Below are positions 9,397-17,609 of a stretch of DNA of 40,918 nucleotides, in pieces. The stretch's first letter is position 1; every line of letters begins with the position of its first letter. The DNA lies in assembly GCA_944359705.1 (NCBI GenBank), contig CALVSZ010000002.1, positions 1 to 40,918 on the forward strand, read 5' to 3'. The DNA comes from an uncultured Bacilli bacterium (GTDB lineage: Bacteria > Bacillota_I > Bacilli_A > RF39 > UBA660). The notes beneath the pieces are model-generated. The model made no database searches and was not told the DNA's origin. It saw nothing but the letters and a program-made list of their open reading frames with translations. The position numbers were made by a program, and so were the translations under genes.

Positions 9397-10614
9397 CTAT
9401 TTTATTTCTATATTTTCTAACGATTCCCATTTAATATATTTTAATATTTTATCGTCTTCAATATGCATAAATTCTAATGGTTTATATTCTTTAAAATAAC
9501 CCCCACATGCAATTGGCGCTATTTCATTCGGAACAATCCCTATATAATCATCCCCACTGAGCGAATTCTTTATCACATCTACATTATATATTTGTATAGG
9601 AATACCATTCTTATTAAAGACATTAAATATTTTAGCTATTTCAATTTTCCTTAAAATTTTACTACCATCAAGCGACAAATAATATCCAAATTCATCATGT
9701 CCAACTCGTAAATTAACTCTTGCAAATGAATGGCCTCTTATAATTTCCCACGGATGTCCACCAAACTTTGTATCATCGTTGTACCATTTATCGAACTGAG
9801 CACTGTTATTCTCATCAACCTTACTTAATCCTTCATCTCTTCCATCAGCATATTTTAAATATAACTCTTTATTTGTTAGATCACCTATTTCATATCCTAT
9901 ATTTTTATAGACTAAACCGACACATTCAAAATATTTACCTGAAGTCATATTTTTTATTCTATTATCTTGTTTTTTGCTCGCATTTTTTATAAAATAATCC
10001 ATTTCTTCTTGTGATATTTTATTTAATAAATTCTTTTTATTATCTGGATATAAATTCCAATAATCTTTTCTTTTTATTACTCCAAATCTATTTTTATAAG
10101 AATAATTTTCTTTTATATAATCATTATAAGTTCCACTTTCAAGTTTCTTAATACATTCTTTTACTTTGTTTATAAGAAAATCTAATAATTCTTGTAACTG
10201 ATAATTCGGTGGAATACAATTATCACTATCCATATCAGCATATATTATATTTTTAAAATTAATAGATATCATTCGATAATTTTTATATCTAGTCGAAATC
10301 ATTTTATACCAATAAATTTCATCTGGATAATCTTCATTAAATCTATCAACAAATTCTTGATATTCTTCAGCATCACAATATTCATTTTCATCATTATAAT
10401 TAATATATTCTTCTATACTTCCCTTTGGAGCACTAAAATATAACACTTTATATTCATCATCTGATAATGGTTTTATTCTATCAAGTAAATCATATAATAT
10501 ACCTAATTTTTCTTTGAGTAAAACGTCATAACTTTGTGGATTGTAGTTTTTAATATCAAACACATCTATTAAAAAATCTAATTTTGGAGCAGTCATCATA
10601 ATTATCATCTCCAC
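9397..10614 (-). CDS. Hypothetical protein (405 aa), function unknown
   Basis: Long ORF whose ATG shares one base with the stop codon of the upstream gene (10614). No recognised motif. Conserved-looking C-terminal segment FGGHPWEIIRGHSFARVNLRVGHDEFGYYLSLDG. Confidence 0.75.
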   Translation of the reverse strand: MEMIIMMTAPKLDFLIDVFDIKNYNPQSYDVLLKEKLGILYDLLDRIKPLSDDEYKVLYFSAPKGSIEEYINYNDENEYCDAEEYQEFVDRFNEDYPDEIYWYKMISTRYKNYRMISINFKNIIYADMDSDNCIPPNYQLQELLDFLINKVKECIKKLESGTYNDYIKENYSYKNRFGVIKRKDYWNLYPDNKKNLLNKISQEEMDYFIKNASKKQDNRIKNMTSGKYFECVGLVYKNIGYEIGDLTNKELYLKYADGRDEGLSKVDENNSAQFDKWYNDDTKFGGHPWEIIRGHSFARVNLRVGHDEFGYYLSLDGSKILRKIEIAKIFNVFNKNGIPIQIYNVDVIKNSLSGDDYIGIVPNEIAPIACGGYFKEYKPLEFMHIEDDKILKYIKWESLENIEIK

Positions 10615-10874
10615 TATTTTATATATTTATCGATTAATTTTTTAGCTAATTCTTCGCCTTCTGGTGTTAAAGATACTGATTTATTTTTATATTCACTAAA
10701 GTATAAATATTTTTCATCCATTAACTTGTTAATAATATCAAACGAATATCCTTTCCAACAAGTTTTAATCTTCGTTTCTTTTGGCATACCATTTTCATCA
10801 GCCACATATCCATCTTCTTCCCAAGAAGTTAAATAAATAAGCAATAATGTTAATTCTTCAATATTTTTTTCCAT
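10614..10874 (-). CDS. Small DUF6429-like protein
   Basis: 86 aa. LTLLLIYLTSWEE...CWKGYSFDIINKLMDEKYL...KSVSLTPEGEELAKKLIDKY matches my recollection of the DUF6429 pattern (LLLxYLxSxEE...WKxxDxDxLxxL...SVxLTEEG). Confidence 0.5.
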   Translation of the reverse strand: MEKNIEELTLLLIYLTSWEEDGYVADENGMPKETKIKTCWKGYSFDIINKLMDEKYLYFSEYKNKSVSLTPEGEELAKKLIDKYIK

Positions 10875-10891
10875 TTACTATACCACCTTCA

Positions 10892-11830
10892 CTACAAATT
10901 TTTAAATACATCAAATAATATTTTAATAGTTTCCTTAGCATCATCAATAGTTATTACACTTTCATTATCCATTACATATATTCTTTGCATTTTATTAAAA
11001 GCACTAACTAAGCCGTCATTAAACTCTAACTTCATATAATCAAAATCAATTATATCTTTATCTTCAGGAATTCCACCTATTCTAGATTTTTCCTCTTTTC
11101 TCTTATAACCTATTAATTTAGTTAATTCAGATTTATTTTTTAATAGTTCTTTTATATCATCATTTTTTATCATAATAGAAATATCATATAAATGTTTAGA
11201 AACATCTTCATACATTTCTCTTTCATAATAAAATTCTGCAGCAAATATTTTATCAATAAAGATTCTTTCAAGTTTAATAATTTCTATTTCAAATTCAGAT
11301 ATATTATAATTTTCTTTCAAAATACTTCTTTCTTCTTCTGTTGCATACTTATAAACAAGAGGTTCAATAGTATAAGTAGAAACTGGTTCAGATACAGTAA
11401 ACGAAGTCGCTTCTATCTGTATTCTTTCTGATTTAAAAAGTTCATTTAAACTAAACAATGAATCATATTTATAAAATGATGTAATACTTCCTTTTTTATC
11501 AATTGTTTCATCATCTACTAATATTAAACCATCAATACTATATCCAAGTGCAGACTTTTTTAATCTTGTTTTGTTACTATTATTTGATTCATTTTCGTTC
11601 ACTTTAACAGTTAAATCAATATCTTCAGAAAATCTATTCATATGATCTAATATTTTATAAACAGCTGTTCCACCTTTAAAATAAGCTTGTAATTCTTTTT
11701 GTTTATAAGCTAATTCTTTTAAAACAAGACAAACATAATAATCTTTCTCCAAAATATCATTTCTAATACCAGTTCTACTATTAATATTTAATATTAATTC
11801 TTCTAATATTTCTTTATTCAATATTTTCAC
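10892..11830 (-). CDS. AbiEii/AbiGii-family nucleotidyltransferase toxin
   Basis: FKGGTAVYKIL...NRFSEDIDLTV matches the GGTAL...R.S.DID nucleotidyltransferase signature of AbiEii. It overlaps the upstream AbiEi-like gene by 17 nt. Confidence 0.8.
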   Translation of the reverse strand: MKILNKEILEELILNINSRTGIRNDILEKDYYVCLVLKELAYKQKELQAYFKGGTAVYKILDHMNRFSEDIDLTVKVNENESNNSNKTRLKKSALGYSIDGLILVDDETIDKKGSITSFYKYDSLFSLNELFKSERIQIEATSFTVSEPVSTYTIEPLVYKYATEEERSILKENYNISEFEIEIIKLERIFIDKIFAAEFYYEREMYEDVSKHLYDISIMIKNDDIKELLKNKSELTKLIGYKRKEEKSRIGGIPEDKDIIDFDYMKLEFNDGLVSAFNKMQRIYVMDNESVITIDDAKETIKILFDVFKNL

Positions 11831-12467
11831 CTCCTAATTCATATAATCTTTTTATTGGTTTTAAATTATTTATTTTATTAGCGTATTCAAATATCTTTTC
11901 AAGTTCTAACTCATTATCTTTAATAAATTTATAAATAATTTCTTTTGCATTATCAACTTCAATTTTTATATTATCCTTATTAATTAACACATCAAAAAGT
12001 TGAAGATATTTATAATTATCATCATTAATTTCAATTTTAGGTCTTCTAATAGTAACACCTAAATTCTTATTATTATAATCATTTGCATTAGGGCACTCAT
12101 TAGTAACAATTAAAATTTCTTTTGGTATTTGCATAGTTAAACCTATTTTATTAAATAAATAAGCACCTGTTAAATATCCTTTTTGTCTAGTTCCATCATG
12201 TATATACTTCTTATCAATAACTTTATTAATATTTAAAAGTTTATTTCCAAATGTACCTTTTAAAGGCTTATAATAAACTCCTTTAATAAATTGAACAAGT
12301 TTATTATCCTTTACAAGTCTATTAATATATACATAAATATTTTTAAATACATCATCAAAATTATTTTTAATATAATTTTTAAAATAATCTTTGATGTCCT
12401 CAATAAAAATAGGTTCATCATATGGATATTCATCAATATACTTAATTAAAATATCATTATAATTCAT
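11814..12467 (-). CDS. AbiEi-family (type IV TA) antitoxin-like protein
   Basis: 217 aa located immediately upstream of, and overlapping, the AbiEii gene, which is the canonical AbiE arrangement. The call rests on size and position; there is no strong sequence motif. Confidence 0.6.
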   Translation of the reverse strand: MNYNDILIKYIDEYPYDEPIFIEDIKDYFKNYIKNNFDDVFKNIYVYINRLVKDNKLVQFIKGVYYKPLKGTFGNKLLNINKVIDKKYIHDGTRQKGYLTGAYLFNKIGLTMQIPKEILIVTNECPNANDYNNKNLGVTIRRPKIEINDDNYKYLQLFDVLINKDNIKIEVDNAKEIIYKFIKDNELELEKIFEYANKINNLKPIKRLYELGGENIE

Positions 12468-12489
12468 ACATATCCCTCCTAAATATATT

Positions 12490-12539
12490 ATGTTATTATT
12501 TTATTAAAATACGCAAAATATAACACCTGTTAATAACAT
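12490..12539 (-). promoter_or_regulatory. 9-bp inverted repeat pair (atgttatta ... taataacat) in the leader of the AbiEi-led array; candidate operator
   Basis: Perfect 9-bp arms at 12490-12498 and 12531-12539, separated by 32 nt. They lie between the predicted -10 box and the AbiEi start codon. Confidence 0.3.
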
Positions 12540-12566
12540 TATATATTATTTTTAATTATATGTCAA
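12538..12566 (-). promoter_or_regulatory. Consensus sigma-A-type promoter for the nine-gene array
   Basis: On the minus strand it reads TTGACA, a 17-nt spacer, then TATAAT (ttgacatataattaaaaataatatataat), about 70 nt upstream of the AbiEi ATG. Confidence 0.55.
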
Positions 12567-12593
12567 CTAAACTCCATTTCAAACTTATAAAAA

Positions 12594-12627
12594 TCAAAAA
12601 AATACTAGAAATTATTTTACCTAGTAT
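12594..12627 (-). terminator. Rho-independent terminator downstream of the truncated amidase ORF
   Basis: 7-bp stem atactag/ctagtat with a 12-nt loop. On the minus strand it is followed by a run of 7-8 U. Confidence 0.5.
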
Positions 12628-12656
12628 TTTATAAATTTATAATTTGGCTTTAATTG

Positions 12657-12971
12657 TTATACATTCGTTACACAATGACTATCGCCACCTCCTGCATTCA
12701 AGTGATTAGATATTACTATTACATCAGAATTATTTCCATAAGCATTTAATATCTTATTTACCCTATTAGTAGGATCCAAACTAACATCACTATCTCTTGT
12801 TAAAGTTACTGGTATACCTAACTCTTTAAATCTATCATACATATACTTAGATATTAATAAAGTATAATCCTTCTCTAACATATCATTACCTACTGCTCCA
12901 GAATCACTTCCACCATGTCCCGGATCTATAACAACTCCTGTTAACTTTCTATCATAATTCAAGTTAATCAC
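12657..12971 (-). pseudogene. 5'-truncated copy of the amidase gene (codons 1-97, then 7 unrelated codons and a stop)
   Basis: The first 97 aa are identical to the intact amidase at 1989-3368. The sequence diverges right after NHLNAGGG into DSHCVTNV-stop. The rest of the catalytic domain and all LysM repeats are absent. Confidence 0.8.
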
Positions 12972-13044
12972 CTCTATAATAATTTATGTATAAAAAAAGA
13001 AAATGTATACTCATTTAAGTATACTATTTCTTTACTTTTTTTAA
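12685..13044. repeat. 360-bp direct repeat, copy B
   Basis: See copy A (3082-3441). It includes the last codons of the Fic-like gene, the amidase promoter region and amidase codons 1-97. Confidence 0.85.
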
Positions 13045-13983
13045 GACAGACATTGTTTCTCCTAATCTATCTTGATTATAATAAATTTGTTTTTCAAAAA
13101 GAAGCATATTAAATGTTATCCATTCATTGAAAATAGCAGTTGAAGGATTAACCGCAAATTCTTTAATTAAATTCCTATACACTCCTCTTTTATTAAGACG
13201 TATTATTGCATCAGAACTATACAGTACCGGTAATTCTATATAAGAATTTTCTAAATACTTATTAGCTAAATCCCATATAGAAACATGTTCTAAAACTCTA
13301 GATAATCTTGTATTTCCATCTCTAAAACATTGTAAAGCCGCTAATAAACCATGAATAATAATTGGATTTACAAATATATCACTTAATTCTAATATATCTT
13401 TTTTATTATATAATTTTAATATTTTATCAAGAGTTACTTTTATATCCTTATAATCTATTGGAAGATAAGATACATTTTTTATTGAAGAAATTTCCCCAGT
13501 TAATGGAGATATAGAAAACGAACCTACAAAAGTATTATTATCAGTTCTATACTTACTTTCTTCTTCAATTGAAGTAGCAAGTCCATTTAATAGAATTTTA
13601 TGATATTTACATAAATTATTTATCGTACAATTTCTACCGTTTAACTTATCTCTTATTGCAAAATTAGTCGCAGACTTATGATTAGAATTCATAAATACTT
13701 GAATTAAAAATGGACTAATTGACTCTAAAGCCTGATTACTCTTTATTTCTTCTTCTTTTAATGACTTTAAAAAAGGAGTTTTATATTCTTCTAATTGTTC
13801 TAAAGAACTAATAAAGTTCACATACAAATCAGTTATATCCTCAATTAAAAACTTATTATTACTGCTTAATTTAAATTTATCTAAAATATCAAAGACATAT
13901 AATCCTGTTTGTTTTGCATCACCTAAATTAGCAATATTACTAATATATCTTTTAAATTCTAAGTCATCCATTATGTAATTCAC
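13024..13983 (-). CDS. Fic/DOC-family-like protein with a degenerate active-site motif
   Basis: LQCFRDGNTRLSRVL aligns with the Fic signature HPFx(D/E)GNGRxxR, but with His to Gln and the second Gly to Thr. Confidence 0.65.
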   Translation of the reverse strand: MNYIMDDLEFKRYISNIANLGDAKQTGLYVFDILDKFKLSSNNKFLIEDITDLYVNFISSLEQLEEYKTPFLKSLKEEEIKSNQALESISPFLIQVFMNSNHKSATNFAIRDKLNGRNCTINNLCKYHKILLNGLATSIEEESKYRTDNNTFVGSFSISPLTGEISSIKNVSYLPIDYKDIKVTLDKILKLYNKKDILELSDIFVNPIIIHGLLAALQCFRDGNTRLSRVLEHVSIWDLANKYLENSYIELPVLYSSDAIIRLNKRGVYRNLIKEFAVNPSTAIFNEWITFNMLLFEKQIYYNQDRLGETMSVLKKVKK

Positions 13984-13985
13984 CT

Positions 13986-15836
13986 CTAAACATTATCATC
14001 TTTTACTTTTGTTTTTATATATCCCTTTTCTTTTGCTTTATTTAACACCGAAATACATATTTTCTTACCAATAACTTTAACAGCTAAAATAGCATAACAT
14101 GCACTTAATATTGTATCAAAGTATAATAATATTTGATGGTAAGGAATACTTCTATATTTATCTATATCTATTTCAATAGTTTCTATTTGATCATTAATAT
14201 TATGATAAGAATTATCTTTAAAATCATCTCCAAAAACATCTGAATCATATAAATAATCTACATCACAATGTCCCATATTATTACTAGCGCCAGTATTCGT
14301 AGCAACATTAGTTACTTGCATAATTGAAGTTTCATATTGTTCCCCTACAAAGTTTTGTGTTTCAATTAAATCTTCAACCTTAACATCATCTAAATTTGTA
14401 TGTTCTCTTCCCGAATATTGTACACCACCAGCTTGCCATACAAAAAAGTCTGTATCCTTAAGTTCTATTCTTTCTCCATCTTTCTTAAGTGAACTACTAA
14501 TTTGTGTTAATGTATTTTTATTTCCATAGATACCTACTTTAGTAAAACCATAACTATTACATACATTTTTAAAAGTATTCAATAAACCATAATAATCATT
14601 ATCTGAACAGTAAACTTCAAAATCAAGAAATACTGGAATGTTTTCTTTTTCTAAAGTAATACTATTATCAAGTTCATCCATTAATCTATTAAAGTAATTT
14701 ATTAATCTTTTTTCATATTCTGATATATCCATATCCTTAGATACACAAAAATATAAACCTAAAGATATATCATTATTTATAGTATTAGTAATTTGATTTA
14801 TACATTCAGGAATAAAATATCCTGGATTTTCTTTATAATTATAATTATCTCTTGCCACTTCCACAATAACAAAATCAGAAGTTTCTGCTACTCTATTCCA
14901 ATCAATATTAACTTGATAATCAGATATATCAATTCCCCTTGCTATAGCATACATATATGATACTTCATTTGTTTTAGTATCAATACTTTGATATAAATTA
15001 GGAATACTAACAATATCTCCAACTTTAAGTTCACCTTTAGAGTTATTATTGTATAATCTTAAATCTTCTTCTGATAAACCAAACTCTAATGCAAGAGTAT
15101 TATATGTATCATCTTCTTTAGCAATATACTTAGCAGATAATACTAACTTTTCTTTAGAATTTGAACCTTTTTCCATTATAATTTTCGCCAAATTAGTACT
15201 ACTTTTAATTGTACCATCCAATTCTTTAACAATACTAGCAGTACCACTATAATCATACGAAGAGTTATCTTTAATTAAATAGCAATCAAAATCCTTTAAA
15301 GAACAAATATATTCTTCACATAAAGATAATGACATATCACTTCCACTCATTCCAATATATAAATTAGATGCATTAGCTTTATTAATAAAAGCTTCAATTA
15401 AACTATTCTTTTGAATATTATTTAAAGATTTATTATTCATAATACCATCAATGTTTAAAAATATTGGTAAATCTATTTTATATGTTAATAATAATGACTG
15501 AATAAAATCAATGTCCTTATATATACTTCCTAAAGTAGATGCATCAGTATCTAAAACTAAACCAACTGATATATCAAGTTCATTACACTTTTCTAATTGC
15601 TTTTGCAGATATGATAAATCATTACCATTACTTGATAAATGTAATAATACAAAATTATTTGGATGAACTTTAGTATTATACCTAATTCCTATATTTTCAT
15701 ACCCAATTGTATTCTCATCCGTACTATCTAAATAATTATCAGAGATTTCATTTCTAACAAGAAAATAACCCTTACCTACTAAAAAAGGTGCTCCTCCAAA
15801 TAAAAAAGCTAACTCTATTTTTTCTTTCTTTTTCAT
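13986..15836 (-). CDS. GH25-family muramidase with a LysM domain and a C-terminal membrane anchor
   Basis: ARGIDISDYQVNIDWNRVAETSDFVIVEVA and IPVFLDFEVY fit the GH25 motifs (DxSxxQGxIDW, LDxE). There is a LysM-like segment YIAKEDDTYNTLALEFGLSEEDLRLYN...GDIVSIP. The N-terminal ~200 aa look like a second, degenerate GH25-like module. The C-terminal segment ILLYFDTILSACYAILAVKVIG is hydrophobic. Confidence 0.7.
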   Translation of the reverse strand: MKKKEKIELAFLFGGAPFLVGKGYFLVRNEISDNYLDSTDENTIGYENIGIRYNTKVHPNNFVLLHLSSNGNDLSYLQKQLEKCNELDISVGLVLDTDASTLGSIYKDIDFIQSLLLTYKIDLPIFLNIDGIMNNKSLNNIQKNSLIEAFINKANASNLYIGMSGSDMSLSLCEEYICSLKDFDCYLIKDNSSYDYSGTASIVKELDGTIKSSTNLAKIIMEKGSNSKEKLVLSAKYIAKEDDTYNTLALEFGLSEEDLRLYNNNSKGELKVGDIVSIPNLYQSIDTKTNEVSYMYAIARGIDISDYQVNIDWNRVAETSDFVIVEVARDNYNYKENPGYFIPECINQITNTINNDISLGLYFCVSKDMDISEYEKRLINYFNRLMDELDNSITLEKENIPVFLDFEVYCSDNDYYGLLNTFKNVCNSYGFTKVGIYGNKNTLTQISSSLKKDGERIELKDTDFFVWQAGGVQYSGREHTNLDDVKVEDLIETQNFVGEQYETSIMQVTNVATNTGASNNMGHCDVDYLYDSDVFGDDFKDNSYHNINDQIETIEIDIDKYRSIPYHQILLYFDTILSACYAILAVKVIGKKICISVLNKAKEKGYIKTKVKDDNV

Positions 15837-16235
15837 ATTGATCCCCCCAAATTGGTAATTATTTTATCATAAAATATGATTATCGTCAAATTTTAATACT
15901 ATGTAAAATATTTATTCCGTTGTTTAATTTTTTCATTACTTCTTCCATTTTAATATTTAAATCTAAAGTTTCTTTATAATCATCAAATTGTGCATTATAG
16001 ATAATTTTTTTCATATCCAATTTTATCTTTTAAAAACTTACTATGTTTTGATATTATTCAAATGTTTTTTTATTATCTAGAATTCATATTATTCCTTTAC
16101 TAATTTTTCAAAAAAATAATTTTGTATTCCTCTATCTTTAGTAATGCAACACAATATATTATTTACTCTTCTTCAATTGTTTTTTATAATCAGTATTTCA
16201 TTTTCATTATATACAACAATACTATAATAAAATAA

Positions 16236-16264
16236 ATAGTCAGTAATAATTTTTAACTGACTAT
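16236..16264 (-). terminator. Rho-independent terminator after the J-domain gene
   Basis: Perfect 9-bp stem atagtcagt/actgactat with an 11-nt loop, 37 nt downstream of the stop. A U-rich tail (uuuauuuua) follows on the minus strand. Confidence 0.55.
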
Positions 16265-16300
16265 ATTTGTTAATTTATTCTATAATTTTCCTATTTTTCT

Positions 16301-16717
16301 TCAACGACCTTTGTTATGTTTTTTTGAATGATAAATAAGAATTGCTCTTACTTTACGTAATCTTTCCAATTCACTATCTCTTGCATCGTATATTCCATAC
16401 ATTTTTAACAAAATAATACTTAAAGTATCAAAATTACTTTTAGTGTTCTCTTTTGCTTGACTATATGATTTTGATCTTTCAAAATGTAATTCATCAAAAT
16501 GTTGTCTATCATATTCTTTTCTTTTTTCCACGTCAGATAACACTTCATATGCTACAGTTATCTTTTGCATCATATCGTTAGCATTAGGATTGTTAGGATT
16601 CATATCTGGATGATATTTTTTTGCTAATTTTCTAAATGCCCTTTTTATTTCATCTTGGGTAGCATCAGTTGATATTTCTAAAATTTCATAATAATTAGTC
16701 TTATTTTGTAATGACAT
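16301..16717 (-). CDS. J-domain (DnaJ-like) protein
   Basis: NYYEILEISTDATQDEIKRAFRKLAKKYHPDMNP is a canonical J-domain with the HPD tripeptide. There is no Gly/Phe or zinc-finger region, so this is not full-length DnaJ. Confidence 0.85.
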   Translation of the reverse strand: MSLQNKTNYYEILEISTDATQDEIKRAFRKLAKKYHPDMNPNNPNANDMMQKITVAYEVLSDVEKRKEYDRQHFDELHFERSKSYSQAKENTKSNFDTLSIILLKMYGIYDARDSELERLRKVRAILIYHSKKHNKGR

Positions 16718-16845
16718 AAAATTCCTCCTTAAAAGATAGATATATTATATAAAAAATATAAAAAAAGTCAAATTTTAATCCCTCAATTACTAAATTATAC
16801 ATATTTAGACATTATATTTATAAAATATATTAGAGGTGTATCACA

Positions 16846-17541
16846 ATGTTATTAAACATATTTAATTTTCTAATTAATAACTTTACTTTCTTTACTGGTT
16901 CATATTCTAATAATGTATTCCCTGATCCTCTACCAAAAGAAGAAGAAGAAAAATATATATTACAAGCTAAAAATGGCGATAAGGAAGCTAGAAGTAAATT
17001 AATAGAACATAACTTAAGATTAGTTGCTCATATTGTAAAAAAATTTGAAACAAATACTAATGACACAGATGATTTAATTGGAATAGGAACCGTAGGATTA
17101 ATTAAAGGAATAGATACCTATTCTCCTAATAAAAATGTAAGACTAACAACATACGTTGCTAAATGTGCAGAAAATGAAATTCTTATGTATTTTAGGGGAG
17201 ATAAAAAGAATTCAAAAAACATAAGTATATATGACAGTATCAGTTATGATAAAGAAGGTAACGAAATTACTATATTAGATATATTAAAAACACCAGATCC
17301 TGATTTTGCCTTAGAAATACATAAAAATGACAATATTGAATTATTAAAAAAATACTTAAATAAACTTACTAAAAGAGAAAAAGAAATAATTGAAGCAAGA
17401 TATGGTTTAAATAATAAAGAAGAAAAAACACAAAAAGAAATTGCCCAAAAATTAGGAATATCTAGAAGTTATGTATCTAGAATCGAAAAAAGAGCAACTA
17501 CTAAAATACTTAGAGAATTTATAAAAAATAACCATGTATAA
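16846..17541 (+). CDS. sigK: Sporulation sigma factor SigK (pro-sigma-K, uninterrupted)
   Basis: LIEHNLRLVAHIVKKFE, IGTVGLIKGIDTY, CAENEILMYFR and LGISRSYVSRIEKRA closely track B. subtilis SigK. The N-terminal hydrophobic pro-sequence ends in ...NNVFPDPLP. Confidence 0.85.
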   Translation: MLLNIFNFLINNFTFFTGSYSNNVFPDPLPKEEEEKYILQAKNGDKEARSKLIEHNLRLVAHIVKKFETNTNDTDDLIGIGTVGLIKGIDTYSPNKNVRLTTYVAKCAENEILMYFRGDKKNSKNISIYDSISYDKEGNEITILDILKTPDPDFALEIHKNDNIELLKKYLNKLTKREKEIIEARYGLNNKEEKTQKEIAQKLGISRSYVSRIEKRATTKILREFIKNNHV

Positions 17542-17550
17542 CATCTTTCC

Positions 17551-17579
17551 TTGACTATAAACATAATTTTTGATAAAAT
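17551..17579 (+). promoter_or_regulatory. Sigma-A-type promoter with an extended -10 upstream of the L28-like ORF
   Basis: TTGACT, a 17-nt spacer, then TAAAAT preceded by TGn (ttgactataaacataatttttgataaaat), about 30 nt upstream of the ATG. Confidence 0.5.
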
Positions 17580-17609
17580 TAATATGCATTGATTTAAGGA
17601 GGGATAATA

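Noticed and set aside
7986-11431. Plus-strand ORFs 7986-8180, 9768-9992 and 11192-11431
   Set aside because: Each is embedded antisense within a long minus-strand ORF of the nine-gene array. They are compositional artefacts.
15049-15252. Plus-strand ORF antisense to the GH25 gene
   Set aside because: It is fully nested in a motif-supported gene and has no independent signals.
15886-16014. 42-aa minus-strand ORF (MKKIIYNAQFDDYKETLDLNIKMEEVMKKLNNGINILHSIKI) in the 460-bp gap between the GH25 and J-domain genes
   Set aside because: It has no convincing RBS, no motif and is very short. In DNA this AT-rich such ORFs arise by chance. It might be a gene remnant, but I cannot support it.
16718-16845. 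Possible SigE-type mother-cell promoter (atacatat-like -10) upstream of sigK
   Set aside because: The match to the CATACA-T consensus is imperfect, and many similar strings occur in this AT-rich spacer. It is not supportable without mapping data.
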